This document shows positions 1 through 9,653 of a DNA stretch of 64,000 nucleotides, piece by piece. This stretch comes from an uncultured Oscillospiraceae bacterium. GTDB taxonomy: Bacteria > Bacillota > Clostridia > Christensenellales > CAG-138. The notes under the pieces were generated by a model. It made no database searches and was not told where the DNA came from. It worked only from the letters and a program-made list of their open reading frames with translations. The first letter of the stretch is position 1; each line of letters begins with the position of its first letter. The stretch is from the NCBI GenBank assembly GCA_964496795.1, contig CAZCAV010000002.1:13900-77899 (forward strand). The letters are read 5' to 3'. The position numbers and the translations under genes are program-made.

Positions 1-1
1 G

Positions 2-256
2 ATCCAGGTGGCGTTTTCGGACGAATACGGTCAGTCCCGTTTCGTGGATCTGAACATTGTATCCTTTGATAAGCAGGGCAGCGTATCGAATCTGATCGTG
101 CGGGGCAACCGCGAGGAAAGCCGCGCGGCCATTGAGCGCATGAATCCGCTGCTGTTGGAGATATTGCCCCTGACGCTGGAAGAGGTATTTATCTATGAGA
201 TGGAAGCGCTCGGCTATGTATTCGACGAGCCGCGCGCAAGGAGGGAGGATCAATAA
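2..256 (+). CDS. ABC transporter ATP-binding protein, C-terminal fragment (5' end outside window)
   Basis: Frame is open from the window edge. Its stop overlaps the ATG of the downstream membrane protein (TAATG at 254-258), typical ATPase-permease coupling. Only a non-diagnostic C-terminal ~80 aa is visible, so the call is by context. Confidence 0.45.
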   Translation: MQVAFSDEYGQSRFVDLNIVSFDKQGSVSNLIVRGNREESRAAIERMNPLLLEILPLTLEEVFIYEMEALGYVFDEPRARREDQ

Positions 257-2490
257 TGACGCTGTATAGAGAATCCATGCGGCGGCTGTCCCGCGTTGGG
301 CTGACCTTGCTGGCATTGGCGGTCATTGCGTCGCTGATCTGCGCGATCATTAGCTGCGCCGGCCATTCCGCCTATATGATAAGCGCGGTTGAAATGTCGC
401 CGGTGCTGGCGGTATATGCTTTTATCGGCGGCGCGGGCCTGGCGTTTTCCGGCTTTTCATTTTTAAATAAACGGGCGGAGAGTGATTTTTATCACAGCAT
501 ACCGGTCAAGCGCACGGATCTGTTTTTCTCTGTCACCGCGGCGGCTGCCACATGGATGCTGTTTACCGTGATGCTTTGCTCGTGCGTGAGCGCGGTCGTA
601 TTTCTCGGACTGAATAAGCCCTTTGCGCCGCTGTATCCCTTTATGAACGCCGGATACTTTTTTGCCGCGGCGCTGCTCGTGTTTGCGGCGACGGCCATCG
701 GTTGTACGATCACGGGAACCTGGTTTACCAACATCATATTGACCGGTCTGGTGCTGTTCCTGCCGCGCTATATACTGTTCTTGATCGGAAGCACGCTGAT
801 CGCCGATACAGGCGTCATAAGCTGGCTGGATTTAAAGGGCTTTCTCGATCCCACGACCAATGCGGCCACGGGCGTCGTTGTCATGCTTTCGCGGCAGATA
901 CTGCTTGGAAAGCTGGTAAACGGACTTGGCATCGTTTGGTCGCTGGTACTGGCGCTTGCCGAGCTTTTTGTGGGCGCGCTGCTGTTTCGCCGCCGGCCTT
1001 CGGAGCTTGCCGAGCAGGGAGCCGGCAGCCGGACGCTTCAGATCGTGTTTGCCAGCCTGCTTTCGCTTACGGTACTGCTCGTTTTCTCCGTACGGGCGCA
1101 TGTGGCGACAAAGATATTTGTCTGCCTGATACTGGCGGCGGCCTTCTCCTGCTACACGGTCTATCAGATCATCGTGCTCAGGAATACAAAACGTGTGCTG
1201 TTGTCGCTGCCCTGGTTTCTTTGCTCGGTAGCGGTGGCCTGCGCCATCATCTTTGGCGCGCAAGCGGCGGCAAAAAGCACGCTCGGCGTCTGCCCCGAGG
1301 CCGGCGAGATCGCTTCGGTCAGCTTTACAGGCTATGACCGCGGCAGCAGCCCCGTCAGCTATGCAACGATACTGACTTCCAAAATTGAGTTTACCGAGGA
1401 GGAGGTCAAGTCCTGCGTAGCCGATACGCTGCGCGAAAACATCCGCTCCATGAACGAGTATGGGTATGTGTATTCCGACAGCAATTATCAGACCAGCGAG
1501 GGCGTGAGGATACGTCTGAACAATGGACGGACGATTTATCGCAAGCTCGTATTCTCCGACGGCCAGGCTTTGATTGCATGCCGCATGAAGAATACAGAAT
1601 ATGCCAGGGCCATTCTGGAGCTGCCGCCGGACGATACGATCAAGGCCGTTGGAAGCTATTTGGTCACCTCGGATTCGTTGCCGTCGAGCTTGAATTTCGA
1701 TACGCCTGAGCTGTACGCGCTCACAGAACGCTACTTCGGCGAGCAGCGAGCAAGCGGCAGGCCCGTACCATATTCTTATTACGCGCCGGATAAATATAAA
1801 TATTATGAGATCGGCGACGGTGTTTACGGATATACCTCCGCCAATGAAGAACAGGTGCTTGGTTACTTTGAGATTGGCGGATATATCGGCGTCGAACGGT
1901 ATAATGATACGATAAGCGTTTCACTGGAAACGCCCGAAACCGCCTCCATGTATATGGAGCTAAAGAATCGGTATGCCGAGGATCCGGACTGCAGTCAGCT
2001 TGTCAAGGGCTATTCTGACGCGATCGCGGCGAACGGGGATGGCAGTCTTGCATACTACAATCTGGGGCTTGAGATACTCAACTGCCCTGTTGAAGGCGGC
2101 GACCGCTGCTGGGTATACTTTAGCTGGTACATTGGGCAGAACGACGCATACGACAGCCTGCACGAGATGCCCGAATTTGCGCCGTTGGTCGAGGAGCTTG
2201 TAGAAATCATGCAGCGAGGCAGGCTGAGTTCCGATGTTACGCGGCTTGCGATTTCGCCACGCTATGAGCTGCAATATGCCAACGGTCAGTATCAGTATAC
2301 CAAGCAAACGGCCTATGTGGCGCTGTCCGAGTCTGACGAGGCGCGTTTTCTGGAGATTCTTGCCATTTGGAGCCAGCTTTCCGAACAGCGGTATACTGTC
2401 ACCGCCAGCGTAGATTACGACGCATCCACCGCCGGTTCCCGTTCAGGCGTTATGACCGTACCGACGCCGACGCCTGTTCCGGTTGGCTAA
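256..2490 (+). CDS. Multi-pass membrane protein, ABC-2 permease-like N-terminal half plus large extracytoplasmic C-terminal domain
   Basis: GAGGGAGGA Shine-Dalgarno at 241-249. The first ~340 aa are successive hydrophobic helices. The last ~400 aa are soluble, Tyr/Glu-rich and end in a PTPTPVPV tail. Coupled to the upstream ATPase fragment. Confidence 0.6.
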   Translation: MTLYRESMRRLSRVGLTLLALAVIASLICAIISCAGHSAYMISAVEMSPVLAVYAFIGGAGLAFSGFSFLNKRAESDFYHSIPVKRTDLFFSVTAAAATWMLFTVMLCSCVSAVVFLGLNKPFAPLYPFMNAGYFFAAALLVFAATAIGCTITGTWFTNIILTGLVLFLPRYILFLIGSTLIADTGVISWLDLKGFLDPTTNAATGVVVMLSRQILLGKLVNGLGIVWSLVLALAELFVGALLFRRRPSELAEQGAGSRTLQIVFASLLSLTVLLVFSVRAHVATKIFVCLILAAAFSCYTVYQIIVLRNTKRVLLSLPWFLCSVAVACAIIFGAQAAAKSTLGVCPEAGEIASVSFTGYDRGSSPVSYATILTSKIEFTEEEVKSCVADTLRENIRSMNEYGYVYSDSNYQTSEGVRIRLNNGRTIYRKLVFSDGQALIACRMKNTEYARAILELPPDDTIKAVGSYLVTSDSLPSSLNFDTPELYALTERYFGEQRASGRPVPYSYYAPDKYKYYEIGDGVYGYTSANEEQVLGYFEIGGYIGVERYNDTISVSLETPETASMYMELKNRYAEDPDCSQLVKGYSDAIAANGDGSLAYYNLGLEILNCPVEGGDRCWVYFSWYIGQNDAYDSLHEMPEFAPLVEELVEIMQRGRLSSDVTRLAISPRYELQYANGQYQYTKQTAYVALSESDEARFLEILAIWSQLSEQRYTVTASVDYDASTAGSRSGVMTVPTPTPVPVG

Positions 2491-2509
2491 AGAACAAAAA
2501 ATCAGTATA

Positions 2510-2545
2510 GTATACCGTTGTTATTTTTCGATAACGACGGTATAC
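2510..2545 (+). terminator. Hairpin after the membrane-protein gene (15-bp arms, 1 mismatch, loop TTTTCG) followed by TTCTATAT
   Basis: GTATACCGTTGTTAT (2510-2524) pairs with ATAACGACGGTATAC (2531-2545), 20 nt after the stop at 2490. The U-tract is weak. Confidence 0.45.
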
Positions 2546-2553
2546 TTCTATAT

Positions 2554-3189
2554 ATGGGTGATTTTATCTGGACGGAGGATGTGCTGCGCTGGACTCGCTG
2601 CGCCGCAGCCGCGAGCGAGTATTATCCGCGTCTGGCCTCTCGGATCGCCGCCTATTTGCCGCCTTCTGCCAGCGTACTGGATGCGGGCTGCGGAGCGGGT
2701 CAGCTTTCCATGGCGCTTTCACCATACGTTAAGCGGATCGTTGCACTCGATCGCTCGGCTCTGGCGCTTTCCGGGCTTGCCGGCTGCCCGGGCAATGTGC
2801 TTCCGCTGGAGGCGGACGCCTTTGCTTACGAACCGGAAAATCGCTTTGATGCACTGCTGCTGTGTTATTTTGCACATCCGGATGAGTTTATGCAGCTCTC
2901 GCGTCTTTGCCGCGGAAAAGCGTTCTTGGTCTGCGACGCGGCGCGCAGCGCCGCTTATGAGGAAACGTTGACAAGACATAATATCCTGTTCTGTAAGGAA
3001 TGCTTTTCTCTTAGACTGGATCAGCCGCTGCGTTCGCTTGAGGATGCGCGCGCGTATGCGGCGCGCTACGGAAGGCCGCTGGCAAAGCGGTCGGAGAATC
3101 AGGAATTTCCATACAGAGACAGCATTTTACGGGAGATGGCGCTTTTGCGCTATTCCTGCGGAGGACGACATGAAGAAGCTTTGCAATGA
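2554..3189 (+). CDS. Class I SAM-dependent methyltransferase
   Basis: Motif I VLDAGCGAGQLS and overall size fit the family. The ATG at 2554 is preferred because the TTG at 2518 lies inside the upstream hairpin. No clear SD. Confidence 0.6.
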   Translation: MGDFIWTEDVLRWTRCAAAASEYYPRLASRIAAYLPPSASVLDAGCGAGQLSMALSPYVKRIVALDRSALALSGLAGCPGNVLPLEADAFAYEPENRFDALLLCYFAHPDEFMQLSRLCRGKAFLVCDAARSAAYEETLTRHNILFCKECFSLRLDQPLRSLEDARAYAARYGRPLAKRSENQEFPYRDSILREMALLRYSCGGRHEEALQ

Positions 3190-4162
3190 TATTTTACATA
3201 TGCTGAACGCCGGATGCGGCGGCGTGCTTTTGACGGTTTGCGAGCGGCGCGGCAGCGCTCCGCGCGGATTGGGTGCGGCCATGCTGATCGAGGCTGACGG
3301 CTCGCAAAAGGGCACGATCGGCGGCGGCGCCGTGGAGTATGCAGCGACGCAGGAAGCAGCCGCTATGATGTTTACACATGGCTCGCGTACGCTGGATTAT
3401 CGTCTGAGCGCGAGCGAAATCGCGGGCGCTGGTATGATCTGCGGCGGCTCTGTGCGCGTGTTGGCACAGTATCTTGAACCGTCGGACGAAAATCGCCGGC
3501 TGTTCACGCAGCTGAAGGCGGCGCGCGACGGCGGCGCGCAGGCTGCGCTGGTGCGCCGGCTTGAAAACGGCTCCGTGGCGGCTATGGGTTGGTGGGACGG
3601 TCAGAGGCTGCATGACGTTGAGGCGCAGATGCCGGAAAGCTGTGGCTCGCAGGCCTGGCTCTCTGCGGACGGGACCCTTCTGTATGAACCGGTCGGCCTT
3701 GGCACGCGCGCATTGCTCTTTGGGGGCGGTCACGTCAGTCAGAGATTGGCGCCGCTTTTGGAATACATCGACTTTCGCTGCGTGATCTGTGAGGATCGGT
3801 CAGAATTCGCCCGGCCGGAGCTGTTTCCGATTGAAGCGCAGGTTTTGCTCGGCGATTTTTCGCGGTTGGGATCATTTACTGCAGTTCATACGGAAGACTA
3901 TGTTGTGATCATGACGCGCGGACATCAGGCGGATTACGAGATACTTCGCCAAGTCTTAAAAACGGACGCATGCTACATCGGCTGCATAGGAAGCCGCAAT
4001 AAAATTGCTTTGACGCGCAAAAAACTGTCAGAGGACGGGTTTTCGGCGGAGGAATGCGCGCGCGTGCATACGCCCATCGGCTTGCCGATCGGCGCGCAGA
4101 CGCCTGAGGAAATTGCCGTGAGCATCGCTGCTGAGATGATACAGATCCGTTCCGGCCGGTAA
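3170..4162 (+). CDS. XdhC/CoxI-family accessory protein
   Basis: N-terminal XdhC-CoxI-like segment (LLTVCERRGSAPRGLGAAMLI...GTIGGGAVE) and C-terminal Rossmann-like segment (LLFGGGHVSQ...IMTRGHQADYEIL...YIGCIGSRNK). The ATG at 3170 was chosen over the upstream in-frame extension. Confidence 0.75.
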   Translation: MKKLCNDILHMLNAGCGGVLLTVCERRGSAPRGLGAAMLIEADGSQKGTIGGGAVEYAATQEAAAMMFTHGSRTLDYRLSASEIAGAGMICGGSVRVLAQYLEPSDENRRLFTQLKAARDGGAQAALVRRLENGSVAAMGWWDGQRLHDVEAQMPESCGSQAWLSADGTLLYEPVGLGTRALLFGGGHVSQRLAPLLEYIDFRCVICEDRSEFARPELFPIEAQVLLGDFSRLGSFTAVHTEDYVVIMTRGHQADYEILRQVLKTDACYIGCIGSRNKIALTRKKLSEDGFSAEECARVHTPIGLPIGAQTPEEIAVSIAAEMIQIRSGR

Positions 4163-4244
4163 GGCAGGAGAATTCTATATAATTTGCGTGCCGGCGGTTT
4201 CTCATGTAGAATAAAATGAGCTGCGTAACGAGGGGAGGTGTCCG

Positions 4245-7200
4245 ATGAAATCTCGACGGGGGCGATTATTATGGCTGCTGCTTCCGCTTGCGCTGATTGT
4301 GCTGGCGGTGTTCGGCCTTATGATATCCGTACGCGCATTTTCTTCCTTGGACGACCGGACACATTCCTTTCTGCCGGTGATACTGTTTTGTATCGTTATC
4401 ATATTAGGCTCGCTTACGCTGACGGCGTATCTTCTGCGGCTGAATCAGCAGAGCCGCCGCGCCGTGGAAAACGAGCAGAACAAGCTGCGCCGCAGCGAGG
4501 AGCTGTATCGCATTTTTGAGGATTTTTCAGACGCCGTTGTCTTTGAGGCCAATCCCACGACCGATGAGATCCGTTTTAATCCCAAATTTGCAGAGATGTT
4601 TGGATATGCCTCCGACGCGCTTGGGCTTAAAAGCTCTATTGCCCGCCTTTTGCAGCGTGTGAGCGAGGCGGATCGCCCCGCGCTGGAGTCGCTGCTGAAT
4701 GCGTACAGGCATAAGACCAGCTCCGGCGTCTGTGAATTTCGCATGACCACCTGCGGCGTTTCCGGCATTTGGCACAGGCTGGAATACCGCTTCTTGATGA
4801 ACGACGAGGGGCTGGTATATCGCCTGGTCGGCAAACTGACGAATATAGACGTAGAAAAGCGCAGCTTTCAACGCCTGCGTTCCAAGGCGGAGTGTGATTC
4901 GCTCACTGGCCTATACAATCATGAGTCTACGCGGAGCCATATTGAGCGTATACTCGGCGCGGAGGGCTATGGCGGCGATCATGCGCTCCTGATGATCGAT
5001 GTGGACGACTTTAAACGCGTCAACGATGATTTCGGCCATGCGGAGGGCGATTGCCTGCTTATTAAGTTTGCGGACACCATTCACAGGCAATTTCGCTCTA
5101 CCGATATTGTCGGACGCGTCGGCGGCGACGAGTTTGTCGCCTTTGTATACGGCACGGCGACCGATGAGCTTTTACGGGCAAAGGCAGCGGAGCTGAACGA
5201 AGCGCTGCAATATATTTGCGCTTCGGATTCTCAGGAGCGCACTGTGACATGCAGCATCGGCGTTTCCCTGACGCATGGGCGGCCGATGAATTTTGACGCG
5301 CTGTTTCGCGAGGCGGACGCCGCCCTATACCGTGCCAAAGAGGCCGGAAAAGGCTGCTGTCAGATCTTTGAATATGGAACGGAGGCTGCGCCGTCACAGA
5401 TCGATGAGCCGGAGACGCCCGAGGGAGCATTCAACGCGAACATACAGCTTCGCGCGCTCCTGGAGTATATGGAAGGCGGCGTGCTGCTTTATGAGATCGG
5501 CGACCGGATACGCGTCGTGTATTCCAGCCCAAGCTATCACAAAATGGTGAACGCATGCCCGAGGATTTCACAGGACGGCCTGCCGATATACCAGTTTGTT
5601 TTTGCTGATGACGAACCGCGGCTTACCGCGTCTCTGCGCAAGGGCGCTGAAACCGGCGAGATCGTCGATATGGTATACCGCTCCAAAGACACGGACGGTA
5701 CTGTGTATTGGCGGCATATGCGCGCCGTGCGTCTGCCATATCATGAAAGCGCGAATCCTATTCTGATCGCAGTGATTACGGACGTTACAGCGCTCAAGGA
5801 GCAGGAGAGGAAGCTTCTGGATAACGAGCAATTGCTGAAGCTGGCGCTCGAACAGACCGACCTGCGTATCTGGACCTATGATTTGCAGAAGAACGAGTTG
5901 TCCGGTCCAAAGCTGGATTGCGTGTATCGCGACCTGCCTGAAAGCAATATCGTAAACGGATTGACGCATCCGGATTCTGCGGAGGACTATCGGGACTTTT
6001 ACCGCCGCATCAAGTCGGGAGAGCCCTTTGGAAGCTGCGTAATCCGTCAATGCCTGTTCGAGGCCGGTTATGAATGGCTGCGGCTTTCCTATCGCAATCT
6101 TTTTGATGAAAACGGCGTTCCCTATCAGGCCATAGGCGTCACGGAGCCGCTGCCGAGCATAGAAACCGTTAGAAGACGCCTTGAGCAGGAGGAGCAGTTT
6201 TTCCATTCCATACGAAATGATCTTCTTGTCATTTTCCGTTATAATCTAACGCGCGACAGCATGGAGGAATACTGGAGCGCCGGTTCCAGGATTTGGGGAG
6301 CCGTTGATCGCCAATCGCCGCATTCACTGCTCAACGCATTATATGAGACTGCTTTGACCGCGCAGGATAAACGGCGGATTATGGAGCATTTGTCCACACA
6401 GCAGCAGCTATGTGCTTATGAAGCCGGTGAGGAGAGCAATACGCTGGATTTTCGCGCCGTGGACGATGATGGCGCTATTCGCTGGATATCCTGTCAGAAC
6501 CGATATTTCCCCGATCCTGTGTCGGGCGACCTCTATGCTCTTGGTCTGCTGCGCAGTATCGACAGACGCAAGCGCTGGGAGCTTGCGCTGCCGCAGAACA
6601 TCGAGTGCGATGCGGCGACCGGACTGTATACACGGCGCGTCACTGAGGCATTGATCAAGCGAATTTTGCGTATGGAGAAGCGCCGCGCCGGTACCTGCGC
6701 CATGTTTCTCTTAAAAATTGAGCTTACCGACAGCAGCATAACGTTTAACGGACGTGCACATGAACGCAGTATTACCGAGGTCGGACAAAGGCTGCAAGTG
6801 ACATTTGATGGAAGGTATGTTGTTGGCAGACTGGACGGCGATACATTTCTCATATTCACGCCGGACGCCGGCTCCGAGCCGCAGATCAGGCAGCTGCATA
6901 CGCATATACTGGAGGTGGCCGGCAGCGCCTGCGCCTGCTGCAACGACCAGGACGCCATGCACTGCCGCCTCGGCGCCGCCTATGGCGCGACAGATAGCTA
7001 TTCCTATGATATGCTGTTTTCCATGTGCGAATCCTCCTTGGCCAGGGCTGACAGCACCGGAGATGATCGCCTGGAAACAGAAGCCTCCGCAAGGTTCCTG
7101 CATTACAGCGATTCCGGCGAGGAATGGCAGATCGTTCCGCTTGGCGAAAATGCCGCGGAGCTTTCAACGGAGGGGGAAAGGACTGAGCTGGCCTGTGCGC

Positions 7201-8876
7201 TGTCGCTGCTGCGTGCCGAGCAGCCGGAGGATGCGCTTGCCGAAGCTTTACCCGCGCTTGGCGCATATTTTGGCGCTTCTCGCGCTTTTGTACTGCTGCG
7301 TCAGTATGACAGCCGCTGTGTCAGCGTCATATCCGAGTGGTATTTACCGGAGCAGGAGCCTATTCTGGACGGCATTCAAAACCGTCCGATTTCCGAACTG
7401 CCGGTCGTTTCGCGCGCTTTTGAGGAACTCAGCGCCGTCCTTTGCAGAGACTCCAGATTGCCCGGAAGCTACCTGTGCGTTCCAACCATGAAGGATGGCG
7501 AGGCGTTTGGCTTTGTCTGCCTGGAAAATCCCGTGCGGGACCTGACGGATCTGAGCTTGATTGAAACGATCTGCGAGCTGTATATGTCCTGCATCCTGCG
7601 CCGCGACCGCCGCGCACAGGCGGCGCATCATACGGATTCATTGACCGGATTGAAGGATTACGGCGCATATAAGGCTAATATAGAAGAAATGGTTCCTGAT
7701 ACGCTTTCCTCTCTGGGCGTGGTCGATTTGGACGTGAACGGGCTGAACGCGTGCAACCGCGAGTTTGGCAAGCAGTATGGCGACAAGCTTCTCCAGTTCA
7801 TTGCCAGAACACTGAGCGGCCTGTTCGCCGGTCATGAAATATTCCGCATCTCCGGCGATGAGTTTCTGGTTCTGGCCACGGATTTAACGCAGAAGGCGTT
7901 TCAAAGCTTGGTTTCCGAGACGGAACGGCGCTGCGAGGAGGCCTTTTCAGAGGCGGTTTGCATCGGCTACGCCTGGAGCGATAAGCAGTTGAGCGTCATG
8001 AAGCTGCTGGAGTATGCAAAGAGCCGTTTTCAGCTTGCTAAACAGAACTATTATCGCAAATTGGAGCACGAAGGCGGGCGCGAAAAGCCAACTCAACTGA
8101 AGAACCTCGAGCGTAACATTCGAAACCGGCGTTTCAAGCTCTACCTGCAGCCTAAAATCGAATTGAAGACGGGAAAATGTGTGGGCGCGGAGGCGCTTGT
8201 CCGCTTTTATGATCCTGAGCAGGACTTGATCGTGACGCCAGATATGTTTGTGCCGCAATTGGAAAAGGATAACCTGATACAGGTTTTGGATATCCATGTG
8301 TTTGAACTGGCGGTTCAGCTGTTATGCGGCTGGCGGGAGGAGGGGCGCCCGCCGCTGTCCGTCTCGGTTAATTTTTCCCGTCTTACGGCACTGGATCCTG
8401 CTACGGTGGAAAAGCTCAGCATGATCCAATCGCCCAGCGGAATTCCGCCGCATATGCTGGAAATCGAATTGACCGAGCGGATAGGCAGTCTGGAGCGCTC
8501 GGCCATTATCAAAGCCTGCCAGCCGCTTTCGGCCATGGGATACAGGCTGGCACTGGATGATTTTGGCTGCGAGTATTCCAGCCTGTCGATCTTGTCCACG
8601 CTCCATTTTGACACCTTGAAGCTGGACAGGAGCATTGTAGCGGATCTGGTATCCAATCGTCTGGGCAGCCTGATCGTCTCAAATTCCGTTCGTCTGTGCT
8701 TGGAGGCCGGTACGGACTGCGTGGCCGAGGGCGTTGAGACTGCCGAGCAGGCGGAGAGCCTGAATATACTTGGATGCCGGTACGCGCAGGGCTATTATTT
8801 TTGCAAACCGATACCGGCGGAGCTTTTCGCCGAAAAATACCTGCCGGTTCCAACTCCGGCTGAAAGGAATGGCTGA
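4245..8876 (+). CDS. Membrane-anchored PAS/GAF multi-domain diguanylate cyclase/phosphodiesterase (three GGDEF modules plus EAL)
   Basis: GGGGAGG SD lies before the ATG and there are two N-terminal TM helices. GGDEF is at 5121-5135 with I-site RSTD at 5094-5105. Degenerate DGDTF is at 6834-6848 and SGDEF at 7851-7865. EAL is at 8190-8198, with EIELTE, DDFG, KLDRS, EGVE and QGYYF motifs. Confidence 0.9.
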   Translation: MKSRRGRLLWLLLPLALIVLAVFGLMISVRAFSSLDDRTHSFLPVILFCIVIILGSLTLTAYLLRLNQQSRRAVENEQNKLRRSEELYRIFEDFSDAVVFEANPTTDEIRFNPKFAEMFGYASDALGLKSSIARLLQRVSEADRPALESLLNAYRHKTSSGVCEFRMTTCGVSGIWHRLEYRFLMNDEGLVYRLVGKLTNIDVEKRSFQRLRSKAECDSLTGLYNHESTRSHIERILGAEGYGGDHALLMIDVDDFKRVNDDFGHAEGDCLLIKFADTIHRQFRSTDIVGRVGGDEFVAFVYGTATDELLRAKAAELNEALQYICASDSQERTVTCSIGVSLTHGRPMNFDALFREADAALYRAKEAGKGCCQIFEYGTEAAPSQIDEPETPEGAFNANIQLRALLEYMEGGVLLYEIGDRIRVVYSSPSYHKMVNACPRISQDGLPIYQFVFADDEPRLTASLRKGAETGEIVDMVYRSKDTDGTVYWRHMRAVRLPYHESANPILIAVITDVTALKEQERKLLDNEQLLKLALEQTDLRIWTYDLQKNELSGPKLDCVYRDLPESNIVNGLTHPDSAEDYRDFYRRIKSGEPFGSCVIRQCLFEAGYEWLRLSYRNLFDENGVPYQAIGVTEPLPSIETVRRRLEQEEQFFHSIRNDLLVIFRYNLTRDSMEEYWSAGSRIWGAVDRQSPHSLLNALYETALTAQDKRRIMEHLSTQQQLCAYEAGEESNTLDFRAVDDDGAIRWISCQNRYFPDPVSGDLYALGLLRSIDRRKRWELALPQNIECDAATGLYTRRVTEALIKRILRMEKRRAGTCAMFLLKIELTDSSITFNGRAHERSITEVGQRLQVTFDGRYVVGRLDGDTFLIFTPDAGSEPQIRQLHTHILEVAGSACACCNDQDAMHCRLGAAYGATDSYSYDMLFSMCESSLARADSTGDDRLETEASARFLHYSDSGEEWQIVPLGENAAELSTEGERTELACALSLLRAEQPEDALAEALPALGAYFGASRAFVLLRQYDSRCVSVISEWYLPEQEPILDGIQNRPISELPVVSRAFEELSAVLCRDSRLPGSYLCVPTMKDGEAFGFVCLENPVRDLTDLSLIETICELYMSCILRRDRRAQAAHHTDSLTGLKDYGAYKANIEEMVPDTLSSLGVVDLDVNGLNACNREFGKQYGDKLLQFIARTLSGLFAGHEIFRISGDEFLVLATDLTQKAFQSLVSETERRCEEAFSEAVCIGYAWSDKQLSVMKLLEYAKSRFQLAKQNYYRKLEHEGGREKPTQLKNLERNIRNRRFKLYLQPKIELKTGKCVGAEALVRFYDPEQDLIVTPDMFVPQLEKDNLIQVLDIHVFELAVQLLCGWREEGRPPLSVSVNFSRLTALDPATVEKLSMIQSPSGIPPHMLEIELTERIGSLERSAIIKACQPLSAMGYRLALDDFGCEYSSLSILSTLHFDTLKLDRSIVADLVSNRLGSLIVSNSVRLCLEAGTDCVAEGVETAEQAESLNILGCRYAQGYYFCKPIPAELFAEKYLPVPTPAERNG

Positions 8877-8881
8877 ATTCA

Positions 8882-9634
8882 TTGCAACTGTACGACCTGC
8901 ACACGCATACCAACATGTCTGACGGGCATGTTTCCCTGGAGGATCTGGTGACATGGGAGAGCAATCTGGGACGCATATTGGGCGTTTCCGACCATGTGTT
9001 TTTTTGCGGCATATATACTGAGCGCGACGTATCCGCTTATCTGGAAGCGCTGAAGCCCTATGCGGTGTATCGCGGCATGGAGGCGAACATGGAGCATAAC
9101 TTTACATTGCCCGATGCGCTGGATGCCGAGCTTGACTATGTGATCGCTTCCGTGCATAACATACCGGACGGCCGCGGTGGATATATTCCCCTGAAAGACT
9201 ACTTTGGAAAGCGCAGCGGACAGCATGGCCAGTATAAAAAGAATTATTCCTCGGACATGAATCGCTGGTATCTGGCACATACTCTTCGTTTGATAGAGAA
9301 AGCCTTTTCCAGTCAGCGCGTGGATATTCTTGGTCATGCCACCGTGCTGCCATGCTGCGACGAGCTATATGGAACAAAATTTCTTTTCGACTGGGAGAAC
9401 GCCGTTATAAAGCTTTGCGCACGCTATGGCGTGGCGCTGGAGATTTCGGGCCTTTGGCATGCGCCCGATATGGACATGCTTAGACGTGCCAAGGCCATGG
9501 GCCTTAGCTTTTCGCTCGGAAGCGATTGCCATGAGGCCAAGGATGTAGGCGTACTGGATTATTGCGAAAAGGCGATCGAAGAGCTGGGTCTTGTGGAGAG
9601 CGATTTCTTTGTGCCAAAGAGGGCGCTATTATGA
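8882..9634 (+). CDS. PHP-domain (histidinol-phosphatase-like) metal-dependent phosphoesterase
   Basis: N-terminal LYDLHTHTNMSDGH signature plus later His/Asp motifs (SDH, ASVH, LGH, GSDCH). TTG start lies 5 nt after the upstream stop. Confidence 0.7.
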   Translation: MQLYDLHTHTNMSDGHVSLEDLVTWESNLGRILGVSDHVFFCGIYTERDVSAYLEALKPYAVYRGMEANMEHNFTLPDALDAELDYVIASVHNIPDGRGGYIPLKDYFGKRSGQHGQYKKNYSSDMNRWYLAHTLRLIEKAFSSQRVDILGHATVLPCCDELYGTKFLFDWENAVIKLCARYGVALEISGLWHAPDMDMLRRAKAMGLSFSLGSDCHEAKDVGVLDYCEKAIEELGLVESDFFVPKRALL

Positions 9635-9653
9635 TAAGAACACGGAGGTTACC

